Below are positions 12,680 to 28,537 of a stretch of 64,000 nt of DNA, piece after piece. Under the pieces are notes generated by a model. The model did not search any database and had not been told where the DNA came from. It saw nothing but the letters and a program-made list of their open reading frames with translations. Position 1 is the stretch's first letter; every line of letters begins with the position of its first letter. The translations under genes and the position numbers were made by a program. Source of the DNA: the human T2T-CHM13v2.0 reference genome, Homo sapiens; assembly GCF_009914755.1 (NCBI RefSeq), contig NC_060925.1; one strand, given 5' to 3'.

Positions 12680-13855
12680 CCCACACATAGGCAAAACTTC
12701 CCTCAAAATAAAATAAAGGCCTAAATTTAAGGGCTAAACTATACACCTCTTAGAAGAAAACATAGATTATTATATTCATGATCTTGAATTAGGCAAAAAC
12801 CCAACTTTTCCTGGTTAAAAAATAGTTGAAAAATGAAACAGGATCAAAACTAAAAATGTTGGCATTTAAAAGCCACCAATAAGAAAATGAAGAGATAAAC
12901 CAGAGACTGAGAAAAAAAATTCAAATCATATATTTAATACAGGACTCATATCCAGAATATGAAATACACTTACAACTACGCAACAAAAAGATAAATAACC
13001 CAATTTTAAAATAGGCAAAATATTTGAATAACCATTTCATCAAAAAGGTGTAGGAATAGACAATAAAATACATGAAAAGATGGTCAGCATCATCAGTCAG
13101 CAGGGACATGCAAATCAAAACTACAGTGAGACACCACTTCTTACCCACTAGAATGCTATAATAAAAAAGGACAGTAACACCTGGGGGAAGTGAAATAATG
13201 ACGTGGAAAAACTAAAACACTCACGCATTGTTGATGGGACATGCAGTCACGTTGGAAACCAGTTTGGCAGTATCTTAAAATGTTGAAGATATATTTACCA
13301 TATGACCTAGCACTATCACTTCTAGCTATCTACCCAGAAGAAAAAAACCTATGTCCACACAACACATGAATGTGAATATTCATAGCAACTTTATCCATAA
13401 TTGTCCATAAAGTAGAAACACTCAAATATGTATCAACTGATAAATGAATAAACTAATGGGAGCTATCCATACAATTTAATAGGATTTGTCCCCTAACAGG
13501 ATTAAAATATTGATATGTGCTGCCACATACATGAACCATAAAAGTATATTAAAGTAAATGAAAGAAGACAGATACAAAAGACCACATATTGCATGATTTC
13601 ATTTATATGGTCTCCAGAAAAGGCAAATCTGTAGAGTCAGAAAGTCAATTAGAGGTTGCCTGGAGCTGGGGACTGGGAAAAAGTGGTGGTGACTGATGAA
13701 CATAGGGGATTTCTTAGGAATGATAGAAATGTTGCAAAACAGGATCATGGTGATGGTCACACAAGTCTAAAATTTTACTGAAAATAATTTAACTGCACAC
13801 TTAAAACAAGCGAATGTTATGTCAATTATACCTCAGTAAAGCTGTTTAAAAACAA
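12680..13855 (+). mobile_element. Old L1 (L1M) 3' fragment
   Basis: AAAACTATAC..CTCTTAGAAGAAAACATAG, ATGCAAATCAAAACTACAGTGAGACACCAC, AAAGGCAAATCTGTAGAG, AATTATACCTCAGTAAAGCTG. Confidence 0.85.
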
Positions 13856-14289
13856 AAGAAATTTAGTAGTGTGGCCCCCATCAGTCTTGCCCTTTGTTTA
13901 ATTTCTCACTTTCTTTAGGGCTTTTATTTATCGGTTCCACTCAGAGACTCCAAGAGACACTGGCTGAAATCTATCAGCCTCCAGAACTCTCAACAGCATA
14001 GGGAATGTCTGGCCCCATCCGAAAGGTGATGGGATCTGTAAGGTGCACTCTAGCATGTGCTATAGCAGGCAAAGGTGTGTGATGCACCTGGGTGGTTCAG
14101 ATAGTGCTCCACATGTCTCAGCAAGACCCAGGGCCTGTAGCTATCGGAGAACAAGCTGCTACATCTTGCAGCACAGGGCCAACCTTTTCTAGGCAAGTGG
14201 GTTTGAAGCATTGGTAGTCAGGTCCCAAGTAGCAGTTGAATGTTTTCAACATGGGAGGAGGGCAAGACCTAGAGTGGGGTTTCAAAGCA

Positions 14290-15482
<1,193 letters not shown>

Positions 15483-16139
15483 TCGATTTTTTTAAGTAGA
15501 GGAAAGTATCTTGGAGAGCTTATGGTGGTGAAATTTGGGCAGTTCTCAGGTATACGCTCAAGGAGCATTCACAGCATCTTCAGAAATTTGCTGAGAATGG
15601 TTTTGTACCCAAAAATATGGGAAAAGTTCAAACATCTATGATAAGAGTCATTGGAGCATACAACCACAAATCCCCACTCCTGTGGTACAGGCCATATCAT
15701 TAAATGGTTAACACTAGATAGCTTTCCTTCAATGGTGTTCTTCATCTAGGAACCCAGAGCTCTCTGGGGGAAAATTGCAATTGAGGTTTTGGATATATTG
15801 AATAGGTAAGTAAGTCACCTCCGTAAAACTTAGTGATTGGAGCTGTCACCATTGCAAATTTCTAAACTTTGCAAGACAGCAGCAACATTTCAAATGACAC
15901 TCAGAGAGAGGAGATAACGAGCTAATGTGGATTTCCTTCCAAACATATTTACTGCACAAAAGCAAAGTTCACATTACACTTGGAGATTTCTCTCAGCCTA
16001 GTTTAAGATCACAGATTGCGGATCCCCGATATCTGGTATCAACTGACCAGTGTCCTGTTAAGGCTAAACCTAAGACTCTTTACTGCATTGCTGCCTTAGA
16101 ATTGGACTTCTCTTCCTGTTCCTGGGAAGAATTAGAGAT

Positions 16140-16260
16140 ATAGACTAAAGGTCACTATTCTTCTGAGAAAAGGGATGCTGGAGGAGGCAGGAGAAATGAG
16201 TATGTGGCAGGAGTTCAAGGGGATAAGGGGCAAGTCAGAAGCCACGGAGCATAAAGGCCC
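16140..16260 (+). promoter_or_regulatory. HSD3B-type proximal promoter remnant
   Basis: NBRE AAAGGTCA 16147-16154, STAT-type TTCTGAGAA 16161-16169, degenerate SF-1 site TCAAGGGGA 16215-16223 and TATA-like ATAAA 16251-16255, in the same order as the HSD3B2 promoter. Confidence 0.75.
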
Positions 16261-16274
16261 AGGGCTCCCTTAGG

Positions 16275-16326
16275 GGATGAAGTGACAAGCACCCTGACTC
16301 TTTTGTCCAGCTTTAACAATCTAACA
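16275..16326 (+). pseudogene. HSD3BP5: HSD3B pseudogene exon 1 (non-coding)
   Basis: Homology to HSD3B exon 1 (GTCCAGCTTTAACAATCTAA); donor GTAAGA at 16327; 130-bp intron 1. Start approximate. Confidence 0.75.
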
Positions 16327-16456
16327 GTAAGAGCTTCTTCATTTTCTTTCAGCTACTCCTGGCAATGGTGGAGACATGGAATTTTTGCAAAAAAAATGGG
16401 GTAGAGGAAAATAAGACATCTGTGTGAGTATATAACCATTTGATCTCTTTTTTTAG

Positions 16457-16692
<236 letters not shown>

Positions 16693-17186
16693 TAAACTTG
16701 ATTCATGGGTGTGTGGTTCCATTTTAGACACTGCATGGGTGCAGGAAGGTGGACCTTTTCTAGCAAGTTACAGAGAACAGTAGTCAAATCTAAGCCAATC
16801 TCACATCGATAGTCTTAAAAAAAAAGAAAGAAAAGAAAATTAAATAGTATAAAATGGCATAGTGTGAAAGATTCTGGATGGGCTATCCAGAGACTGGATT
16901 CTGTCCCTGACCCAGAACTTGAGAGGCAACCACTTTGGACACCAGCCCCCTTTTCTTCTCATCTAGAAAATCCCACATCAGTTATTTTTCTTGTCTGCAA
17001 CTATTTTAAGTTCTGAAGCTTTTTGTCTCGGCAATTGCTTTGCAACATTCACAAAGGACACCATTTACCTGAAGACCTCACCAGTGGGTCCCTGCCTCTC
17101 TAGACTTCCCTGAGCTTTGTTTTGTTTTGTAGCAACCTTGGCACCTTTGGTGAAGGCAAAATAAAAGGAAGTGAAGTTATAGATGA

Positions 17187-17400
17187 GTGTGTAAGTGTGT
17201 GTGTTTGTGTGTGTGAGAGAGAGAGAGCAAAAGAGAGAGAAAATGAGGGGGAGAGAAAATCAGAGAGAGAGAATGAGAAAGAGAAAGAATGCATGAGAAA
17301 GAGTGAGAGAGAGAGGGAGAGGATAGGAGAAAGAGACAGCATCAGTGAGAGAGAGAGAGCATGCACAAGTGCACAGCACAGAGCAGAGACAGAGTAAGAG
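17187..17400. repeat. (GT)n followed by degenerate (GA)n low-complexity tract
   Basis: Visible directly in the sequence. Confidence 0.9.
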
Positions 17401-18124
17401 GCAGTATAAGGCCGGATATCCCTCTTTTCGATTTTTCATTTATGGCTTTATTTTTTAACCATTTGCTTCTGTTGCTCAATACCCCCAAGAAATTGCAGAA
17501 TTTGCTGTAGCAACTTCTTGTGCAAATAACTCCATGAGGAAAGTAGAAAAGGAGTCATATCCAACTGGACAATGAACTATCAAGATCCAGAAACATAAAA
17601 CAACTTGCTAAGACCATCTGGTTAATGTGTAGCAGACCTCAGACCAGAGCTTCATCCAGAAGCATCATCACTTTACTCTGGAGCTGATCCTTGGCAAAGT
17701 GGGTCTTCAGTCTCTCCCTTTGCCTCTCTGGGTGCCCAATTCCCTGTCCTCCTCCCCAACCCAGGGGGTGGGTGAACTGTGTGTCTACACCTGGGCTCTG
17801 GCTGTGCAAAGAGTCATGCCCTGCCCTCAGAGAAGCCCCTACTTGACAGCACTCAGGGACCACCACACCCAAAATTCTGCTCTTCTTTTGCTCTTTTCTG
17901 ACCTCTTCCAATTTCCTCCACCCTCTGTTTTAATGGTGTCTTTCATAAACAAATACTAACACAAGACCAAGATGAAATGTTTGTAATCCTTATGTGTCAC
18001 CAATATTTGCAATCTAACACCTAATACCAGAAAAAAAGCAACGCTCAGCCTAGAGGAATAGTTCTCCTATGGTGAAAAGGTAGGGGATATAATGGATGGG
18101 CAGTAGCCTGTATAAAGATAAAAA

Positions 18125-18370
18125 CAGAGAATCCTTTCAGTGTTCTTTCTGTGCCAGGCACTGTGCTACATGTTTTGCATGTGCTGACTCATTTGTTACT
18201 CATAGCAACCCTATGAGATTGTTAATATTATTATCCTCCTTTCTCACAGATTAGGAGACAGACATAGAGAGGTTAATTAACTCGTTGAAAGTCTCAGAGT
18301 TAGAATATGGCAAAGCTGGATTTGAACCCAGACAGTCTAGTGCGGCATCTGTGCTCTTAAGCAGTAGTTC
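18125..18370 (-). mobile_element. MIR
   Basis: TGCCAGGCACTGTGCTA, CAACCCTATGAG, AGAGAGGTTAA, GGATTTGAACCCAGACAGTCT core motifs. Confidence 0.8.
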
Positions 18371-19677
18371 ACCTAGCAGCTTGGGGAATGAGGGAGCTAT
18401 GGCTCCATCCACAAAGTCCCCTTTCCTGGTCTCTAGATCCCTGTGAACTCATTAAGGAAAAGCCTTTTCTCTTGGCTTTAGACTTCTTCAGCTTTGAAAT
18501 GGCAATTCCTTTGAGCCAGTCTGTCTGAAGTTGGCAGCAAAGGGGAAGCAGAGGAAGGGAGCAGGAAGTGCAGAGGTGGAAATACAACCAGAGAAAATTC
18601 CACTCTCAGGCTGTCACCCACCTCCTCCCCAGCAGCCTCTTCCCTGCCTCCCCCATAGCATGGCCTTCTTGGAGTTGCCTGGCAATAGGAAGGGGCTGGG
18701 AGTAGACAAAACATGGCAGAGGCATTAGGAGAGGAAGTGGTCCCGCCTGTATCCCAGGAAGGAATTGCTCCGGTCTTGAATTTTTCGCTCTGAATTTTAC
18801 TCTCACTGTTCTTTGGCCTTTGTTGCCAATTTCAGTTGAACTGGCTTATTCTTACTCTTTCTCAGAAAAGTTTATTCTAAACAGCCAGTCCTGTACCTGG
18901 TGTGCAGGGTACGAGGCTTGGAGGTGGAGTGGGCAAGTTTGAGCCTCTACTAGAAACGCGACCTTTGATCTGTCCCTTAACCTCTCTGAACCTCAGTTTC
19001 CTCACCAGTAAAGTGGGACTCAGAAAACCTATCTCATGAGATTGCTGTAAAAGGAAATAAGCAAGCTGTGAGTCATATGCAGATTATAAAGCACAAACAA
19101 GTGTAGTGTATTTATCCAAGCTTCATGTACCACAGTGTTCATTGCGTGGGCTAATTCCAGGTGACAACTTTACTGGCAGCATCACTTCTTGTGGATTTCA
19201 GAGGAGCGTGAAGACATTAAAGTTTTAACCACTGCCCTCAGCTAGACAGCTGGAATATCAGTTCATTGGTCGCTAACTTTCAGCATTGCTATCTGCTTTT
19301 CAAATCTGATGAGTTTTTCATGGAAATTCCTCATTTAAGCCCATCAGCAATTCCCTAGTAATGGCTCCACTCTCCTCCCAATTGCCCAAGGAGGAAACCA
19401 TAGGGGTGATTTTGTCTTCTTTTTCTCTCAGCCCAGATCCAGTAGGTATCAGGACCTTCAAGGTAAGGTCTGAAATTCAAACCTGTTTTATCTCTCTCCT
19501 GCTCTGCTTCCACTGCTGGACCCTGCTTCCAGTCCTCATCGAAACTTTGGCACAGATACTCTGATTAATATCTTAATTACCTTACTTTCTCATATCCCCT
19601 ATACCAGTCCATTTTATATCCTCAAGCCAATGTTGACTTCCTACATTACAATTCTGCTTCTGTTTCTCTGTCTCTCT

Positions 19678-19967
19678 TTTTTTATTAACAGGGTTTGGCT
19701 GTGCCACCAAGGCTGGAGTGCAGAGGTATGATCTCTGCTCACTGCCACCTTCACCTCCTGGGCCCCATTCATCCTCCTGCTTCAGCCTCCCGAACAGCTG
19801 GGACTATGGGCAAGCACCACTACGCCTGGCTAATTTTTGTGTTTTTAGTAGAGACGGGGTTTCACGAGGCTGTCCAGGCTGGTCTTGACCTCCTGGGTGC
19901 AAGCAATCTGCCCACCTCAGCCTCCCAAAGTGCTGGAATTACAGGTGTCAGCCACCATGCTCTGCCT
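19678..19967 (-). mobile_element. AluJ/S inserted in an L2 remnant (~19300-20200)
   Basis: GGCTGGAGTGCAG...CCTCCCAAAGTGCTGGAATTACAGG; flanked by CTGTTTCTCT on both sides (putative TSD). Confidence 0.88.
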
Positions 19968-20416
19968 GTTTCTCTACTTATTCCAAATATAAATAAGGGA
20001 TTTTCTTTGACATGGTGCTGGAGACCCAAAATCATGATCCCGCATCACCAGCAGAATTAAATTCAAATTTTCCCTCTTATACCCAACTCTCCACAGTCAC
20101 CTTACTCTCTTTAAATATTTTAGTGAGTCTCCCATGACTCTAGAAATGCTTATATTCCAAGCACACCTGACAGCTCATTGCTCAGATTACTTTTCTTAAA
20201 TGAGATGGGGTAGAAACAGATGTTTGCTCTTTCCCAATAAATTGCTACATATTCTGACTTCTGTGTCCCTGTTTACTTGTTCCTTCCATGGAATGTACAC
20301 CCTCCACTCCAACACCCTGACTCTAGCCATCCTCGAACATCTATGTAACAACATCTTTATCAGTTTCAGAAATCGTTTCAGAAATCGTTCTGATAACCTG
20401 ACCGGTGTTCACACAG

Positions 20417-20581
20417 AGCTCCAGAACAAGACCAAGCTGACGGTGCTGGAAGGAGACATTCTGGATGAGTCATGCCTGAAGAGAGCCTGCCAGGACATGT
20501 CGGTCATCATCCACACCACCTCCATCATAGACATCATCGGTGTCACTCACAGAGAGTCCATCATGAACATCAATGTGAAAC
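20417..20581 (+). pseudogene. HSD3BP5: HSD3B pseudogene exon 3 (165 nt)
   Basis: ACACAG|AG acceptor; [33 protein letters not shown]...ESIMNINVK; donor C|GTACAG with the exonic -1 G changed to C. Confidence 0.95.
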
Positions 20582-21014
20582 GTACAGTAGCCTGGGGAGG
20601 AGATGAAGCAAGGTGGGGAATTAAGGATCACAAAGAAGGACAGGAAGGGAAAAGAAGTCTCTCCACTGAACACCTGCTATGCTCTGGACCAAGTGTCTTT
20701 GCTGATCACTACCAACTGGGGGAGTTCAAAGCTGCTATCTTCAGTTTTTTACATGAGGAAACCAGTGCTACAGATGGCAAGTAACTTGTCCAAGGCCCCC
20801 CCAGGTAAGTAAGTAAATAGGAGAGTTAGACTTTAAACTCACCCCTGTGTGACTCCAAAGGCTGTGGACACTCTTTCTATAGTGGCTTCAATCAAAAGTC
20901 AACTAAATTCCAACTTCAGACTCTTGATATCCCTCTATGGGACAGAATCAAACCTTCCAGGTGCCACCATAGTCATCATTGTGCTACACACAAGTCACCT
21001 TGTGCGTAGGCTTA

Positions 21015-21880
21015 TGATAATGAAATGGGAAAAATTCCCTCATCCCCCTCACCAGGCATGCAATGAGGGTGTGGCTTGCTTCTTCAATGCCTCACTGCTC
21101 AAACCTCTGTGGGAGCATAGAGACAGGCAGGCTGTGGGACTCCGACACCATAGCAGTGTCTGGGGTGAATGTTTACAGCTCCTGAAGCCTCAGTGGGTGT
21201 GTGTTACATGGTGCTCTTTTAGTCTTGCTCTTTTAGTTTTGACATCTACAGGCGGCTTGTTTTAACCAGCTAAATTAGACCCTCTACCTTGTCGGAAGGT
21301 CAGAGGGCTTTCTGTATCCTGGGTTCTTGTTTTGGTTACCAGAGAAATTAGATCACACCTGGGCTTGGAGAATGAGTGCCAGGTTTTGTTGAGTGAAGGT
21401 AGCTCTCAGCAGCTGGGGGATGCCAGAAGGGGAGGGTTTTCCCATGGAGTTGGCTGTTCAACTGCCCAACTCTTCTCCGACCATCCCAGGGAAACTCCAC
21501 ATCATTCTGCTGGGCGGTGTGTTCCTCCCAACGTCCAGCTGCCCATGTGTTCCTCTGCTGATGTGTTCCTCCGTTGATGTGCCCCTCCTGACATCCAGCC
21601 CCTTCTATCTTCTTCTGCCAATCTGCTCCTCTCATTGTCAGGCAGTTTGTGTGTGTCCTGCTAGGGTCTTGGGGGTTTTATAGGCAGAGAATTGGGGCAT
21701 GGCAGGCCAGGGTGGTCTTGGGAAATGCAACATTTGGGCAGAAAATGTTTGTCCTCATCTAGGTCCCTGGGAGTAGAGCCATAGCCAGGGACCACACCCT
21801 CCTTCACCCAGCACTTCCCTTCCCCCCTCCCATATCATTTAAAGGGACCATGCTCTTCCCTTCCCAGCACTCCCATATCA
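21015..21880 (-). mobile_element. ERV1 solo LTR (MER4 group, MER50/MER48-like) in pseudo-intron 3
   Basis: ~865 bp with TG...CA termini. The reverse strand begins TGATATGGGAGTGCTGGGAAGGG and carries a TATA-like CCTATAAAAA at ~21684-21675. Subfamily is from recall. Confidence 0.7.
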
Positions 21881-23364
21881 AGAACATTCAGAGCCCTCCT
21901 GCCCACCTCAAAGAAGTTCTCTCGAGAGAATTAGTAAAGTTGGTCCACAGAGGTCTGTCAGGACTGAATTATCCAGCACATGCTTTCTCACAATATTTTC
22001 TTAAGAAAAAGGGTTTCCCAGTGTCCAGAATACACAGTCTCTTCAGCTCGCCACAGGGCCTGCTATTACAGAGCCATTCCCAGCCAGGTGTCCAACATGC
22101 ACCTTCATTCAATCCTCATCCCTTAAAGTCTTGGTGGTCTTTCCGAATTGCAGCTTTCCAAACTACTTTAAATTCAGACACATTCCCTTAAGGAATCTCG
22201 TCATGCAGTCTCACCCTCTGATTCCCAGAGCCCAGTCTCTTCAGCACCACAGCACCCCACCACTGGCCTAGCCCTCCACATTCAGTCTACTCTGACACCT
22301 TTTCTAAAGCAACTAATTGCTTTTGGGTCTCCAGCACCATCTCAAAAAAAAAAAACCTTTCCAGTTTCTACTTACGCATACCTTTAAGTACCTCTACAGT
22401 GTGAGGAGGGTGTTAAGAGTAACCAGTGTTTCATTTGAATTATTAACTCTCCACAGCTCCCAACAACAAGAAAGGTAAAATGACAGGGGAAGTGTTAGAG
22501 GCATCTGTTTCCTAAACCATTATCACTCCAAGACTTAGAAAATATTTCACAATGTTGGTCATTTCCCCCTTGAAGGTAAACTACTTCCGCATTTTCTCTG
22601 CCACCAGATTAATTGTTGAAAACATGAGGCTGTCTCTCCAGAAACTCAAATTCCACAGAGACTTTAAACAGGGCCAAGAATAAAAAAAAATAAGAAAAAA
22701 TAATAATCCTTTGCCTAGGAAATTCCTTCCTTCTTCAAGGGAAGGCACTCCGAACACCTCCATGAGCTACACTTCCACACAGCTCAGGGGAGGCGGCAAG
22801 GTCCTCCCAGTACAGGTGTTACCAGCAGAGGGCACACTCCTCTCCCCAGTCCTCCACCAGGCTCCACAGGAAACGCCAGGGCAGGGTTTAAAGGAAGGTT
22901 TATCACCCCGACTTTACATAACCAGGTAAACAGAGTCACAGCCAGAATTGGAAGCAGCTTTCCCAGGGAATGCACAATCAGGAAAAGAGTGTGGGTTTCC
23001 AGCATCTCCCCACAAGCCACTGTTCGCTCAATGACTCCAGGAATGGTCCTGGTGACAAAGTTTTACCAGTCCACTCAAAATGAGAAAAATACCAGCAATT
23101 GCATGTATATTCAACAGTATATTTAAGAGTGTATATTGCTTATATACAACTGTATATGGGTGTCTGTGTGTGTGATGTAAATTCTTCTACTGCCCTTTTT
23201 TGCCAAAGAACCAGGACTGTCCATATTCTCAGAGTATATCTTCCTGATTTTTTAGTTTTTCAATAATCTGCCTTTAATGGTATTGATGTCACATTATAAT
23301 TTTCAACATCCTTACTTGGCAAAATATAAAGTGATAACCCTAGGTCCTTTGCCAAAATTAAACT

Positions 23365-23410
23365 ACACACACACACACACACACAAAAACACACACACAC
23401 ATCCAAACAC
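23365..23410. repeat. Interrupted (CA)n microsatellite
   Basis: Visible directly in the sequence. Confidence 0.9.
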
Positions 23411-23631
23411 CCAAAAGTCTAGAAATTCTTGCTCTCCAGAATCCATATGTCAGTTTCTTTTCATTTTGGTGTTTTTCCTATGGCTGTAGCATGGCCCAGT
23501 CTCAGTCAGAGCCACAAAAGAATGTACCTGAGTCTGTTATAACCACTGCACTTGGGAGTGGAGATATGTGCACGTGGTTGGGGCCCCTTAGGGATATTTC
23601 CTGACACTGACAGAATGCTTTTCGTTGGTAG

Positions 23632-25190
<1,559 letters not shown>

Positions 25191-28100
25191 AGGGAGGCGT
25201 GGTTTCTGTTAATACATACTTTCCTTGTTCCTTTTCATTTCCAGGTATCACCATCTTTTACCTAGGAGAGTAGCATGGAGCTGGGGATGAGGGGTGGGCA
25301 GAGTAGTGGGAGGGTCAGGAAGGGCGATGAAGACTGAATAAGCTCTACTATGTTTCAGGCGTGTACAACATGACCTACATATGACATATATTCCCTCACT
25401 GAATACTCATCAGAAACCTATCACGAGGGGTGACTATTCCCATTTTACCGGTGAGGAAACTTGTTCACAGTCACACTAACTGATTAATGGCTAGGCCTTC
25501 TAAAAGGCAGTTGACCTTGAAAGTCCTTATCTTTCCACGGAATCACACAGCCTGAACTGGTCTTGTCAGTGGTACAGCAGAACACTGGAGCATGGGGTGC
25601 TGATACTTTGGAGGGCCCCAGCTTTTTTGGGTTACCTCTTTCTTGCCCAGTCGCACGCAGGGGATTCTCTAGAACCCAGGAGAATCCCTGAGGGGCATCT
25701 GAAAGAGATTGCACGCCTTTCCTAATGGCCCCGAGCAGGGCTGAAAGAAACAAAAACGCATTCAGCCTCTACCAGCTTCGGTGCCAATTTCCTAGAAGGT
25801 CTCTAGAACACTCCTGGCTATATGTGTGTTGGCCATTCTGATCATACATAACCCTGCATTTCACCCTTTCAAATCACACAATGAGCCACACCATGGGTTC
25901 CTGGGCAAGTAAAGAAAACAAGTGTGAACTTCTCCCAAAATATACCTTCTACTCAGCCCAAAATTAGAAGTCTATTATCCCACATCCCCAGATTTAACTG
26001 CCTCTCTCTCTCCTTTCTCCTCTTCTTTAAATCACATACTTTCTTCCTTTATTCTTCCATATCCTTAGGCTCTTTCTTCCCTCCATCTCCTCTTTAATCA
26101 CTGGTTCTCTCATTCTTCTCAATTTCCCTGAAGAGAGGAGGCCAATCAAGACAAGTTTGGGGACTTCAGTGATGACACAGTCATTAACCAATCAATGAAA
26201 ACACACTCAAAAGAAACACTGTCAGGGGCGTCAGGGACAGAGTTGAACTGAAGCAGGTGAGGAGGTTGCTATGGGTCCAGAGTGTGGAGATGGAAGCTGT
26301 CTCCCTCTGGACCTTTGTGTATCACAGCCATGATGAGAGTCACATCCAACATCAAAATGACTTCTTTCTTACACAGGAAATTTACAGATCATTAATCAGT
26401 TGAATTTGATTACCACAATGGAGTTAGTTTCAGTGTTCATTCTGAAGAGAAAAGGGAACCACATTCTGGCCCAGATGAACAGGTTTCCACCACCTTCAAA
26501 ACCCCAAGGAACAGATGATCAGCACTAGCATCAGGGGCGAGTGGCTCCAGGCAGTGGGGTAAGGTGAAAAATGCAACACCCCTCCTTCCCCAGCCACCGC
26601 ACAAAATGCAAGAGCCAGCATCTCTCCAGCTCTTGTAAGGCGTGCGCACGATCCATATGTTAATGCCAAGTACCACGGGAATCAACGGAGGGTGGTGGAA
26701 TCAGGGACAAGAGCCCTTCCCCTGGTTTTTCAGCCTAGTGAAACCCTACACTTAGGAAACCACCAGGGCAATTTTCACAGGGAAATGAAGGAAAATGACA
26801 GATCTCCGACGGGCAGCGAGGGGAGTTCAAAGAAAGAGACGAGGGGGCCGGATGAGTCAACAGTCTCAACTGAACAAGCACAAACGCCTCGCAGTGTTGT
26901 GGCCAACAAAATTTGCCATCCCTTCTTACACCTGAGAGTGCCAAGCAGGTAAAGCTCCTGCACCAAGCCCCGCTGCACCTCACGTGGTGCACCACACGGG
27001 GGCAGCAAAGGCTAAGAGGGAAGAACAAGGAAGCCTGACCTGGCCGGGATTTTTGGGTCCTTTTTCTCCACCTGGGTGGCTCTGCAGGGTACCTGACAAA
27101 GGATTGAATAAAAGCACAGGCAAATGCTCAACCACCGGCTTAAGGGCTAGGTGTATATGAGTACTGAGAATGGAGCTGAGCCGAAGTCACTGGGAAAAGC
27201 CACAGGAGCCAGTGGGGCTTGAATGAGGCCTTGAATTCCTCAGTCCAGGCAGTGGGCACAGACCGAGCAGTGGTGCAGAGGAGGATGGAGGGGCATGAGG
27301 AGGCCCCTCGCCTTCTGGAAAGCATGTACAGAGGGCAGATGAGAGAGCTCGGGTGCCAGACTAAGCCACAGACTAGACAGGCAGGTTCCAAGGGCCAGGA
27401 TGGGCCAGAGCCTGTGATGGACTGGTGAGAACCGGCAGGAAAGTGACCATTATGATGTGAAATCCCGTGATTTCTAAATATTAGTGACTAACTCTAAATT
27501 TGAAAAAGCAGTGTGAAGATCTGCTCCAGGAGAGGGATGTGTGGGCTAGTGTTCCAACTGTATGTGCAATAATTTATATCTTAAAAAGTGGGTGGCGAGG
27601 TGTCAGCAGCAAATCTATTCATTCTTGGCGATAAGTCCCAAATATACATTATTATATCATACTCTCAGCTTTCCTGTATGTTTAACATAGGTTATAATTT
27701 TTTAATAAATTAAATTTGGTGGGGAACAAATATGCAAACTAAGAAAACACACTCACAGCCTGGCCCCAGGATTAAGGCCTCCGATTTTCCACTTCTGCTC
27801 CCAGTCTAGTGGTCCAGTGCGGGAGATAAAATAGGAGACGTGTTAGGTGCAGTGCACAGTAAATGTGAAGAGTGCCATAAGAAAGGAAAATGCTTCCGGG
27901 AGATCCATTCCCATAGGGGATTCATGGAGTCCTTGCATTTGGGCTAAATATCAGAAGATGGGTAGGATTTCAACAGACAGGAATGTGAGGGAAAGTATTC
28001 CAGGTGGAGACAATGGAGTCTGCAAAGACCCAGGTGGGAAAGGGGTCACTTTTAGGGAACAATGAGACCAGACCAGAGAGCACCACGCCAAGGCAGAAAT

Positions 28101-28228
28101 GGAAGATACACCTGGAAAGACATGATGGGCACACACAGGATCACCCGGGGCCACCCCTGGAGACGACCTGCCTGCTTCCTTCACTGACCTCAGAGTAGGA
28201 GTTCTGTGTCCCCATTAAAGACGACTTG

Positions 28229-28537
28229 GGCTGGGCACAGTGGTTCACGCCTGTAATCCCAGCACCTTGGGAGGCTGAGGCAGATGGATCACCTGAGGTC
28301 AGGGGTTCGAGACCAGCCTGGCCAACATGGCGAAAGCCCGTCTCTACTAAAAATACAAAAAATTAGCCAGGCAAGGTGTTGGCGCCTGTAATCCCAGCTA
28401 CTTGGGAGTCTGAGGCAGGAGAATTGCTTGAATCCAGGAGGCTGAGGTTTCAGTGAGCCAAGACTGCACTATTGTACTCCAGCCTGGGTAACAGAGTGAG
28501 ACTCTGTCTCAAAAAAAAAAAAAAAAAAAAAAAAAAA
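28229..28537 (+). mobile_element. AluSx-like element with long A tail
   Basis: GATCACCTGAGGTCAGG...GACCAGCCTGGCCAACATGG; TSD AAAGAC(G/A)ACTTG at 28217-28228 and 28535-28546. Confidence 0.95.

Noticed and set aside
17100-17397. ER-rich and LS-rich ORFs
   Set aside because: Translations of the (GA)n microsatellite.
20200-20784. 194-aa ORF containing HSD3B sequence
   Set aside because: Only 20417-20581 is exon 3; the flanks are intron that happens to be open.
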